Part shown: positions 12,880-25,746 of the stretch, in pieces
Layout of the letters: every line of letters begins with the position of its first letter
Position numbering within the stretch: position 1 is the stretch's first letter
DNA from: the human T2T-CHM13v2.0 reference genome, Homo sapiens
NCBI RefSeq assembly: GCF_009914755.1
Contig: NC_060931.1
Strand: one strand, 5' to 3'
DNA: 64,000 nt
The notes under the pieces: model-generated
Told to the model about the DNA's origin: nothing
Seen by the model: the letters and a program-made list of their open reading frames with translations, nothing else
Database searches by the model: none
Program-made: the position numbers and the translations under genes

Positions 12880-13330
12880 GGAGGGACAGCATTCAAAAAT
12901 TCTCCACCCCCGGCCGCAGGGCCAGGTCCCGCAGGAATCCCTCCCCCAGCCTGCGCCCTCCCCGCACCACGCGGCCACCCCGAGCCTGGGGACCGCCGAG
13001 GAGGGGCGCGCGGGAGTCCCACCTACCTGAGTGCCAGAAGCCTCTCGCCCAGGAGCGCCAGCGCGATCCCCAGCAAGCCCACAGCCACCAGCCGCCCCAT
13101 GGCGCGGGAGCCGGGCGCGCTGCCTCGCTCCGGCCTGGCCAGCAGCTCCGTGGGCGGTGCCATCTTCCCGGCTCGATGGTGCCGGCCGCGCTCCGCCCCG
13201 TCCTCCGCCTAGGCCGAGTCCCTGCGTCGGGGCCGCGGAGGCTCCGCCCTGGGCCTGGCCCTGGTCTTTGTCCTCACAAACCTATTTCCCCAGATACCTT
13301 CGGGACGGCCCGGACACGCCTTACATTAGG
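12880..13330 (-). promoter_or_regulatory. PON2: CpG island / TATA-less PON2 promoter with GC boxes
   Basis: Very GC- and CpG-rich segment around exon 1. CCGCCC (Sp1/KLF) boxes at about 13193 and 13244, and a YY1-like AAGATGGC on the minus strand at 13159-13166. Confidence 0.9.
13027..13100 (-). CDS. PON2: PON2 coding exon 1 (74 nt; MGRLVAVGLLGIALALLGERLLALR, signal-anchor)
   Basis: Minus strand reads gccATGGGGCGGCTGGTGGCTGTG...GCACTCAG|gtaggt. The translation matches the human PON2 N-terminus, and there is a canonical GT donor at 13026-13025. Confidence 0.97.
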
Positions 13331-13614
13331 CTCATGATGTGAAACTTTGAATTCCTTCACTTCCTTTTTCAAACAACCCACCCGAAACCCTCTAGCAGCC
13401 CGCATACCTTTCTCGTTTCCCTAGTCTTCAAACACATTTCTCACTCGCTATTCCAGTGAGAAACTTACATAGAAAGCAGCTTTTGGGGATGGGGGTCGGT
13501 GGCCAAGGGAGGGAAAGTAACGGGATGCGTCGTGTAAATATTTCACGTTGGAATCACTACTTTTTATAACAGGACGTAGTTGCGAATAAATAAACATCCT
13601 GTGCCTCGTAATAC

Positions 13615-13934
<320 letters not shown>

Positions 13935-14419
13935 TCTATTAATACTTCCAGACTACAGACTTAAGGACTTAGACACGTCTTTTTCATCCAAACTCAAAGG
14001 GAAGAAGTGTAGTTTTTTTCTTTTCCGTTTTTACTCTAACAACCGTAACATGAAGGAATAATTTAAAATACAATTTTAAAAGTAAAATGAAATTTACCCA
14101 TCAAGATTGATACCATTACAATAAATGAGTACATCTGAAATAAGCTTCTAATGGTTTTCGGTATTTAATTGCCACCCTACAATATGTAGGCAGAAATGGT
14201 CACACTTGACAATTTTCAACAAATATCAGTTTTATAAAGAACCAGTAAATAAAAGTGGATGCCAATTTCCCACCTGCCTCTCACCAAAAAAAAAAAAAAA
14301 AAAAAAAAAAAAGCACAAACACCTCTCTCCCTGTGTGTGTGTGTATCTCTGCTTCAGTCCTAAGGATATTGGATTATACTGGATGGTAGAAAGAGAAGTA
14401 AAAAGTTGTCCTTTGAAAG

Positions 14420-15392
14420 CCCATGAGGCATTACCTTTTTTGTGTCGTGGACCCTTCTGGCAGTGGTGAGCCTGTGGATAACTTCTTAGAATAATGTTTA
14501 TAAATGCTTACAATAAAATGCATAAATTTTCTCTGTGCGGTTCATGAAAAAAAGAAAGAAGAAAAAAAATTTTAAATAAATGAATAAAATGTATAGATTG
14601 CAAAGAAAATCAATTACATTGTAAGGAAAAAAAATAGCTGAGAGCAGTCTGAGCTTTGTGAGGTATGCAAAATTTATCAGGCCCAGAGCGACATGAGTAT
14701 GGGACTTCAGTCACGCCCCAATACCCATGCCTGGGGACAGTTGTTTAAAGACATTTTGTTCCCGAGTAGCTGTCCCACCCATTATCTTCATATTCCTGGA
14801 ATTTATGATACAAAGAACAAAGTATAACCAATCCACAGCTTATGTTATTTTAACGCAAGGAATTTAGGAACTGCCTCTTCCTTCCCCTTAAAAATCTATG
14901 TGTAACTGCTGCTAATCAGAGTGTATATTTAGGGAAACTTGAATCTATACTCCTGGGTTGCAGTACTCAAACTTGGCCCAAATAAACTCTCTACTTACAT
15001 TAATTTTGCCTTAGCTTTAAAATTAAAGGTCAACAATTGAAATGTAATTGTTAAAATATCTAAAACATAATTTTTTGCTATAGTAATGTGGTAATGTAAT
15101 GTGTGCAACATTATTTAACATATTAAATAACAAGATCTAGCAACATTCTTTTAAATAAAGAGGAGTGCAAATGTTCTTTCATGATACTGAAAACAACTAT
15201 AATGAAATAATGAAAATAACTGTTATTTCCATTAGTAACAGTCACGAGTACTGCAAATGCTTCTGAGGTTTGTCTGCTAGTTTTGTAATTGAAGAAAATG
15301 CTAAATTCCATTTGAAATCAAGATTTTTTTTTTCTTATCCAAGGTCATTAATTCCTCTGAACTATCAATGGACCACTGGGTTAAGAACTCTG
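14420..15392. mobile_element. hAT-Charlie (Charlie4-like) relic interrupted by an LTR
   Basis: The sequence resumes across the LTR (caattacattg...attgaaatg). It is an inverted homolog of 6485-6965. Confidence 0.65.
14620..15035 (+). mobile_element. ERV1 solo LTR (MER65-like)
   Basis: About 415 bp, LTR-type 3' end (aaataaactctctac...ggtcaaca), apparent 4-bp TSD attg. Confidence 0.75.
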
Positions 15393-15504
15393 ACATAGGC
15401 TAAGGCTATGACTGTTTAGAGAAGGGTGGAATCTCCTTTCTAGGACTATTTTTGGTGTCAATTATTGAGGAAGAGAAGAGCCTCAGATACAAAATCAGAA
15501 TTTA

Positions 15505-15662
15505 GGCCTGGCAAGGTAGCTCTTGCCTATAATCTCAGCACTTTGAAAGGCCCAGGTGGGAGGATCACTTGAAGCGGGGAGTTCAAGACCATTGTGGGCA
15601 ACATAGGGAGAACCCATCTCTACAAAAAAAAAATTAAAATTAACAAAAAAAAAAAATTAAAG
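15505..15662 (+). mobile_element. FLAM/Alu monomer
   Basis: Single arm, poly-A tail, TSD aatcagaattta. Confidence 0.88.
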
Positions 15663-16886
15663 AATCAGAATTTAGAAGAAAGACCTAAAGCAGAGGGCCT
15701 TGGACTATTGTCTGGGCTTCTCTCTTAATCTCTTAGGCCCCAAGGGAAGTACATACAACTATGCCTCATGGATTCTGGGTCAGGAGCCAGGCTACCGTGT
15801 CTTTCCACAAGTTCCGCAAAATGAGGAAACCACATAGATGGCAAACAAGAATATCCAAGTATATGCTATTCTCTGTCTATTTCCCTTTTGCTATTCCCAA
15901 TTTTTTAAAAAGAAAAAAGTCATGTTCTTAATAGTCATGTTCTTCAACCTGGTTCCAGGTGACATTAAAGGGTTGGAGGTCTACATCTTTTAGGCTAGTC
16001 TCAGGATAGCAAAAACAACAACAACAACCAAAACCAGCTTTTGTGCTGACTTTCCTTTCTTCCCTGGCCCATGGTAGGCGTCACTAATTGATTTTGGCAA
16101 AGTGTCTCATCACACCCAGACTTGTCCTCACAATTTTTTAAAACAACAACAAAAGGGAAATAAGAATCCCTGAGCTAGGGAACAGATTTCAGTTCAGGAT
16201 GAAACCTGTTTGCCATCTTGGTGCTGGGTGGTCAGGAGGAACAACACCTTGGGATTTAGCATGGAAGCATTTGTGATAATGAGCCAGGACTTTCAAGTCC
16301 ACCAAAACCTACCTAAGCTCACCCTCAGAGAATCAAGAGAAATGGAAACCTTATTTTAACTTTATTAACATGACCAGTGAGTTCCCCCAATAATCTGTGT
16401 GAGGAATCTTCTACCCCCATATTCTTTCTCTTTCTGAATGTTGCGGTTGAAGCAACTTTTGCAGAAGTAGTATCCATCTTTACCCCCAGCCCCACCACCA
16501 TGCTAGGGCTGGAATTGTCATTCCTCACATGGGGATGGAGATGAGACGTATTTTCTAATTTGGAAATCAGAAACCATTGTAAGAATGTTATAGTGGTTGT
16601 TACATTGTATAGTATAGTTTAGCTGTCTTTTGAGATAACTAGGATGTATAGGCCACACCAAGAACATAACCCCTGGTTTACGTTTGTTTCCTGGGGAAAG
16701 TGGTTTCTGACTACCAAATAACCAAGTTACTCAATACAAAACAAACTTGTTCTGGAACTTGCTTGTGTGCTGGCAACTCCTTATACTTGGTATGAAACAG
16801 TATTTCTCAAATAATGACTTCTGACTTATTTAGTGGTTATTAAGTGGTTTTTTAAGCAAAATTTCAGAAATAATAATACCTTTTAT

Positions 16887-17156
16887 CAGTGCTTCTCAAA
16901 CTATGTGCAGTGAAGGACAGGTTTTTCTTGGCCTTTGTAAAATGCAATGAAAATGACTTACTGGAAGAGGAAGTAAAAAAACCAGACATACAAAATACAA
17001 GCCCAAATCTTTTATTATTTGGTTCAACAGACATAAAATTACTTTGTCAAATTTCTGTAACAGTTTCTAAATGCTTACTTTCAATTTTTTATACTTAACT
17101 AGCCATGGACCAGAAACAAAGAGTTCACAGACTGAAATGGTCCCTGGAGCACACTG
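16887..17156. mobile_element. hAT-Charlie (Charlie18a-like) relic
   Basis: Begins with the hAT TIR-like cagtgcttctcaaact. Internal cagacatacaaaatacaagcccaaat motif. Confidence 0.6.
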
Positions 17157-20100
17157 CCTTTCATAATTGTACTTTTAACTCTTTAAAGTTCTTTGCAGTG
17201 TATTCTTAATTGTAACGCTCACAGTAATTTGTGAAATAGGTGACTCGTGATTATTGTAATTTTATATAATATGTGACAGGGAGTTCGGCCCTCCATATTC
17301 CTTTTATCCCTTCTTCTCCTTACTTCTGTTTTAAAAAGGGAACAAAAATGCATTGAAGGGATGCTATCAAAGATGGTTATTATCAGCAAAAGAAAGATTT
17401 GCCTTGTAGATGCCTCACTCCGTGGCTTCTCAAAGAGTAAAGGAAACCTCCCCACAGCCAGGCCGTTTTCTGAGAATTCCAACATATTAAAAAGTGAAGA
17501 AATGGCATAACAGAAACATAAAGTTTTTTTTTAATATTTATGTTCAACAAATTAACATCTTCAAATAATAGGTTGAATGATATTAACTTGTTTGTAGAGG
17601 TCAAATTCATAAACAGAGATAAAATACAATGTAATGTGCTAGTTACAAAATAATTATGCAATTCATAAAAAATATTTATTCCTGGTTTGCTATAGGAAGA
17701 GTGGTCCAGTCATGGAACTCAAGTTTAAAATGAATGAGTTTTTTCAGTTGTGTCACTGTATCTTTGTGATGTATGAATAAATGAATTGTGAGATAATGTT
17801 GAAAGTCAACATTTAGGGCTCTTTGTAAACTTCACGTCTAGGCCAGTTGGCTTGCCTGTCCCCATGAGACCCAAGCCTATTTATTTGGAGAGCTATAGGC
17901 TTTGCTGCCTCTCTTCCAGGAGCCATTGAACCCTGGGGAAGAGGACAGAGAGGAAGAAAACACTGGGAGAAAAGAGGGGAGCAGGAAGAGAAAGATACAA
18001 AAACTCCCCAACCTCCATGTGAGGCTGACTTTGGATGGGCTGAACTCTATGGAAAAAGTAAAGACATGTTACATCCTCTTCTAGGAAATGCATGCACGTT
18101 TTCCATTGTCCAAAGCAGCATTGTTTGTAGTTCTCCATGAATGAACCGTACGTTCTACTCCTTTTAGAAGCCTTAATGAAACAGGCTTAATGAAGGGGTC
18201 TGCTGAAGTAACAACTACAGGTATAATTTATTGAGCACTTCTTATTCCACACACTGCCTCATTTAACAACCATTTGAATTAGGTACTATTATTATCCCCA
18301 ATTCATAAATGATGAAATTGAGGCCAGAGATTAAGTCTCTGACCCAGGGTTATACACCTGGAAATGGTAGGGTCAGGACCTAGTATAAAAAAATTTATAC
18401 TGAGACCACATACCCACCTTGATATGTCTTTTGTTAATTGTCAAATAAAATATGATTTCTATTTCTTTGCTATTCATGGTCAGAGCAGAGATGAATGAGC
18501 TGGTAGTGAGAGTTGTAGAAAATTGCATCATATAAACTTGCATGAGGGAGAGTTTAAAACTAGGTTGCTTTTTATACTTTTCCTCTGCCTGCTTTCAGTA
18601 ATTCACTTAATATTGATGATATTCTGTGTATCCAAGCAGTTACTGGGAATTCAAAGATAACGGAGGCAGACCTTCCCTGCCTTGGTGGCGGTCAGAGTCT
18701 AGGCAGTTGGACAAACATGCAATGTTGTAACAGGGGCTCAGAACTTTGATCTCTATTCTGTGTATGATGTAAAACCACTAATGACTTTTTAGGAAGGGAG
18801 GCACATTTGTGTTTTCAAAGGTCACTATGATGGCTCTGGGGATATTGAGAAGGTGGACTGGAGTCTATTCAAGAGAAGATACAGATGTGTACAAGGCAGA
18901 GGTATGGGGATGGTGGAGAGGAGCAGATTTAATGAATTTTGAAGGTTGAATGGATATAAATGGCTAATAAAATGGGGGTGGGCAGAGACTCTTCTGCAGG
19001 CTGAGGTGGGAGGATCACTTGAGCCCAGGAGTTCCAGTCCAGTTTCAGCAACATAATGAGACTCTTTTTTTTTTTTTTTTTTTAATGCGGGTGTAATCTG
19101 TTATGGGATTAGAGTTTTTTTAAAAAGAGAAAAAACATGGAAGGAAATGAGTGAATGGGAGCATATTAACTGGGATGGGGGATGAACAGTTTGGGGTGGC
19201 AGGGATAGGACAAAATAGTGAGTACGGCCTGGGACATAGCACATTTGATGCGCTCAAGGCCCAGTAAACATTTGCAGCTAAGTTTCTGCTGCTCAGGAAT
19301 GAGATCTTGTCTGGAGATGGAGACTTGGGAGTCATTAACCGAGAGTGTAGCAATCTGAGTAAATGACTTACAGGAAGGTTTGAGGCTGTAGCCTGAAGTG
19401 GTGTAAGTAGAATTCCTAAGAGCTTTATCAGTATGCAGGTGGCTAGGAGATGGGGAAAGGCAGAGAAATAGAATGGAGAATTAGAAATTGATTTGAGCTT
19501 TAGGGATCACCTTAAACCAAGGAAAGCAGATGCTGACATAAAGGTGTCCTTTTCTCTTTCCCCTGAATCTGTATATGTGACCTTGAAATTCATACTGGCT
19601 CCAGGCAGTCATTCTGTGTCTATGGAGAATGAAACCTTATTTGCTATCCCTCCACAGAGCCTGGAAACCAACTGGAAGAAGAGGATGGGGATAAGAGGTT
19701 GGAAAGAAATCTCCTATTAGTTTTGCTTGACATAAGACAGCCTGTCTCCTGCTTTCTACACCCCCAGCAGCAGGAGTGACTAGCAAGCCCTGGAGTGTGC
19801 TTCTGGCAAGATCGCTCTCTTCTTCAGCGCTTACTGCCTCACTTCCAATATTTGTGGTATCCCTTGATCTAGATTTCTTCAGTCCCCAAAAGAAGTTGCG
19901 GTTCCCCCAGCAACCCTCATCTTCCAGACTCTCTTCCCTATGTGGTTGGGTACTTTTCTCCATCTCCCAATTCACCCCCAACTCCCCAAACTCCTTCCTT
20001 ATGTCCCCTGGAAATCATAGTCAATCATTAGCAAAATCCCTTATATTCACAATATCTCTAAATAGTCTCTTCAATACTTTCATGTTATCTACTGACCCCC

Positions 20101-20516
20101 AATGCCAGGACATTTTCCCACCTGTTCCAAAAGGTTCTAGCTCCTGGTTCACAGTCATTCTCTTTTATAACACACCATCAAAATTCCTGGTGATTTTAGC
20201 ATCCATGTGTAACCTTTTCATACCTAACTTTTCAGTTCCATAATCTCCTCTCTTCCAATGACCTTGTCTCTACTCCACTTTGACACCTACTCCTGTGGTT
20301 ATACTTGAAGACTTTTCCATTACTGGTAATGACAACACCTCCAAAATCACAATTTTAAGATCTCATCTTCCAATCACCACCTCTTGTTTTTTTTAGCTCA
20401 TTCCCTCTTGTACTCCACGTTTGAAACTTTTTGACCCCGCTTTGATGTCTGACTGCTAGAACTATTGCCTCTCACTACACACATACTCCATTTTATTCTA
20501 CTTTGTCCAGTGCTGA

Positions 20517-20795
<279 letters not shown>

Positions 20796-20801
20796 TGATT
20801 C

Positions 20802-21129
<328 letters not shown>

Positions 21130-21646
21130 TAGTAAAATTCTGGAGATAGTACACTGTAAGTATACTGACATGGTTTGGATTTGTGTCCTCACCGAAACCT
21201 CGTGCTCAATCCATTTCTCCAGCACCTTTTTCCCCCTCTTTGGTCTCCAAAGGGCAAATCCAAAATCCTTTCCATTTACTTATTGTTCCAGAAAAGCACT
21301 GAAAAATGTTTCTCTGTAAATAATCCCAATTGGTCTTTGCTTGATTAATTGTACCTAACATCCTGACTATGTGGAAAAATAAATGATCTTGGTTGCAGCC
21401 ACACTGAGACACTGGTGGGCCATGGAGAGGAGAGCTGATGCTCACCTGGAGGGTCCTGCAGAGTTCAGCTCTGCTTAGCAGTTGGGTATCTCACCTGGAA
21501 AGCCTGAGATTCTTGTTCTTCTGAGGCTTAACACATGGGAGAAAAGGAAGGTTGGATCAGAACTTTCAGCAACAGGCTCTGGTTTCCAGCACAAAGTGGG
21601 GCTGTCTCCTATGCTGGGCAAGTTTTCACACAGAATTTCAGCAAGG

Positions 21647-21955
21647 AGCTGGGCACAGTGGCTCATGCCTGTAGTCCCAGCACTTTGGGAGGCTAAAACA
21701 GGAGGATCACTTGAGCCCAGGAGTTTGAGACCAGCCTGGGCAACATTGCGAGACCCTGTCTCTACCAAAAAAAAAAAATTAGACGGGTGTGGTTGTACAT
21801 GCCTGTAGATCCAGCTACTCAGGACGCTGAGGTGAGAGGATAACTGGAGCCCAGATGGGAGGTCAAGGCTGTAGTGAGCTGTGTTCGTGACACTGCACTC
21901 CAGCCTGGCTGACAGAGTAAGAGCCTGTCTCAAAAAAAAAAATAATAATAATAAT
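21647..21955 (+). mobile_element. AluJ with (AAT)n tail
   Basis: Dimeric Alu. TSD aatttca(g/a)caagg. Confidence 0.93.
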
Positions 21956-22207
21956 AATTTCAACAAGGTGGTAATCTTAACAGATAATTACTAAAGCGTT
22001 ATCAAGGAAGACAATATGCATCACTGATCTATTTCTTAAGTAAAAATAATAAATAAAATTAAAACCTCATGATTTTATAACCTAATAGAATTTTGTAAGC
22101 ACAGGTTTTCAACAGGTAGCTGTAATTTTAATTAAATATTCCATCTTCCTCAAACCTTTGTATACAAGCTCTAGTAATGCCACTTTATTTTGCCTATTTT
22201 TTCTTCA

Positions 22208-22518
<311 letters not shown>

Positions 22519-22661
22519 TCAGCTTCAATATTAGGATCCTCCCAGTTTTGCCCTAGGATGAAAGCTTTATGCCAAGGATTTCAGCTTTCTCTCTGTTCTG
22601 CCTTCTCTTCCAGACCATGCCTCAAAGGCTATTACTTCACACGGAACCTGCCTGCATGTTC

Positions 22662-22714
22662 TTTTGCTATTAAAAGTAATGGCAAGAACCCCAATTACTT
22701 TTGCACCAACATAT
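22662..22714. mobile_element. Partial MADE1 (Hsmar1-derived MITE)
   Basis: ttttgctattaaaagtaatggcaagaaccccaattacttttgcaccaac matches one MADE1 arm plus the centre. Confidence 0.85.
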
Positions 22715-23425
22715 AGCAAACAAACAAGAGTCTTAGTTCCTCAAGAAGATTTCTACCTTTAGTCCTTTGAAAATAACAAGTGTTTTCTCCTGGTTATATT
22801 TGGAAAATATGGTCTCTATTGACAATAGCTTCCCACCCCAGTGACTCTTTTCAAGCATGCTTTTTTGCTTCTCTCATTAATATTCCCTAAACCATTAGAA
22901 GATGTTTCACTCCTTGCCACGGTCATATTATCAAATAAAACTAAACTCTCAACGTTAGTGCCAAAATTGCATTCTGAATATAGTTTGTATTTTTTAGTTT
23001 TGCCCGTTATGTGAAGCTCCTCAAGCAGAAAGGTGGTTGGAAAATGTAGTGCTAGGAGATTAGCTTTCTGTTGCTAATAAAAAGAGCAAGGTTAACCCCC
23101 TTGACACAGACTCATTTTGAGACAAGATAGAGGGTCAGAAGTATGTTGACCCAGATTATTGAACCCAAAATAGGTACACATAACTTGATAAAGGGCTTTC
23201 TTTATTTTTCCATACACAGGCAATACATGAATGCTCTTGCATTGCAAAATATTCAAAGGTTACTGGTAAAATTATAGTCTCCCTGGCTTTCTTCTAGAAG
23301 AAAACACTATTTTCAGCTTAAGATGTATGCCTTTCTTATCATCATCTTATTTTCTTACTTATTATCATTCTCTTATTTTCATATGTGTAATTAAAAAAAA
23401 AGTTCCTGTAGAAACATATGGTACT

Positions 23426-23427
<2 letters not shown>

Positions 23428-23474
<47 letters not shown>
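23428..23474 (+). repeat. (TG)~23 microsatellite
   Basis: Pure dinucleotide run. Confidence 0.98.
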
Positions 23475-23478
<4 letters not shown>

Positions 23479-23551
23479 TCAGCAATATTGTCAACTAATT
23501 TTTTGGTGCCCCAAGCATGACTTTTTTTTGCCATAGAAAATACTCTACCAT

Positions 23552-23868
<317 letters not shown>

Positions 23869-24129
23869 ATACTTTTCAAAGGTTATCTTTGGTTTTAAAA
23901 ATTAGCAGTTTATTAAAGGTATAGGCTATGAAACCAAATTTTAGCAATCACTTGTAAGAGGTCTTTGATTAATGTGAAGTCCAATTTATAAATGTAGTTA
24001 CCTAGACTTCTTTATGTCAAGCTGTATTCACAAAAACTGACATATTCTTTTTCCTTTTTAAGCTCTACATTGTGTGATTTAACAAAAATTTTTGAGTACT
24101 TAAATAACTCATATATCAAATAAATTGAT

Positions 24130-24434
24130 TCTTTTCTTTTTTTTAAACAAGGTCTTTCTCTCTGTTGCCCAGGCTGAAGTACAGTGGTGCAATCATGGTT
24201 CACTGTAGCCTCGACTTCCTGAGCTCAAAAAATCAAGTAGTCCTCCCACCTCAGTCTCCCGAGTAGGTGGGACTACAGGCATGTGTCACCAGGCCTGGCT
24301 AATTTTTTTATATTTGTAGAGACGAGGTCTCACTATATTGCCCAGGCTGGTCTGGAACTCCTGGGATCAAGTCATTCTCTTATCTTAACCTCCCAATGTG
24401 CTGAGATTACAGGTATGAGCCTCCAAGCCTGGCC
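24130..24434 (-). mobile_element. AluJ
   Basis: Reverse-complement Alu with TSD tgattctt. Confidence 0.92.
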
Positions 24435-24944
24435 AAAGAGGTGATTCTTAAGTTTTCTTAATGTTCCGCTCCATTAATGTTTATAAAGAAACGATACTAA
24501 ATTAAACTCACAAGTCTAAATAAATTACTTAATAATACATTTAAAATTAGAATCACAAGACTGTTGTTCAAATAAGCTATTCTTCTACTAGACCAAATCT
24601 AAATTATTACAGGTATATAGACAATAAATATGTGTAAAATTCTTAATACTAAATTGTTGATAATACAGATTTATCTTGACATTTATATACTTAATTTCAA
24701 ATATTCTTGGGGTTGAAAAATGCTTACCTACTAAAGAAAACTTACGTTATCTCACATGATTTTTGAGCTTATTTTGCTATATAATTTTGAGGTTGCTTTC
24801 TTTGCTTGATGGTGTTTCCTAGCAAACAGAGGATATAAACTGTTATATGAGTGAACCACTGTGACCATGATGATATGCACCAATCTCAAGAGTGAGCTAG
24901 CCACATACCTATCTTACATCCCTGGATTTTAGCCATATCATCAC

Positions 24945-25354
24945 TGCATTGGGTTATCTAGAGAAACAGAAGTAACAGAGTATTTATACATAGAAAGAGA
25001 GGTTTATTTTGAAGACCTTGCTCATGCAATTACAGAGGCTTTGTAAGTCCGAAATCTGCAAGGAAGGCTTGCACGCTGGCGACTCAGGGAAGAGGTACTG
25101 TCTCGATCTAAAGGCAGTCTACTATCAGCATTCCTTCTCCCTTGGGAAAGGTCAGTCTTTGTTCTATTAAGACCTTCAGTTGATTGGATGAGGCCTACCT
25201 ACATTATGAAGAGTAATTTGCTTTACGTAAACTCCACGAATTTCAGTGTTAATCTTATCCAAAAAACACCTTCACAGAAACATCCAGAATAACATTTGAC
25301 CAACTATCTGAGCATACTGGCCTAACCAAGTTGACATATAAAATTGATCATTAC
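24945..25354 (-). mobile_element. MLT2 (ERVL) LTR, MLT2C/D-like
   Basis: gattggatgaggcctacctacattatg...aagttgacatataaaattgatcattaca, typical of MLT2. Confidence 0.85.
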
Positions 25355-25456
25355 AGTTACTCATAATTTAAATCAGATTAGAATGTGAACTCCTCACCCA
25401 GTTGGCAACATCACTTGATTAAATTTTGTGTTTCTATGGCTAAAATAAGAAAATCT

Positions 25457-25746
25457 GGCCAGGAGCAGTGGCTCACACCTATAATGCCAGTGCATGGGAG
25501 GCCAAGGTAGGAGGATCACTAAAGTTCAGAAGTTTGAGAACAGCCTGGGCAACACAGGAAACGCCATCTCTACAAATAATTTAAAAATTAGCTGGGTATG
25601 GTGGTGCACACCTGCAGTCCCAGCTACTCAGGAGGCCAAGGTAGGAAGATTGCTTGGACCTTGGGAGGTGGAGGCTGCAGTGAGCCATGATTGTACCACT
25701 GCACATTAGCCTGGGTGACAGAGTGAGACCCTGTTTCAAAAAAAAA
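25457..25746 (+). mobile_element. AluJ
   Basis: Dimeric Alu. Confidence 0.93.

Noticed and set aside
12717-13342. Plus-strand ORFs of 206, 118 and 103 aa over the CpG island
   Set aside because: They are antisense shadows of PON2 exon 1 in GC-rich, stop-poor DNA, with non-ATG starts and low-complexity Pro/Arg/Ala translations.
22662-22714. MADE1 as a miR-548-type hairpin
   Set aside because: One arm is largely missing, so the full stem cannot form. The site is also intergenic.
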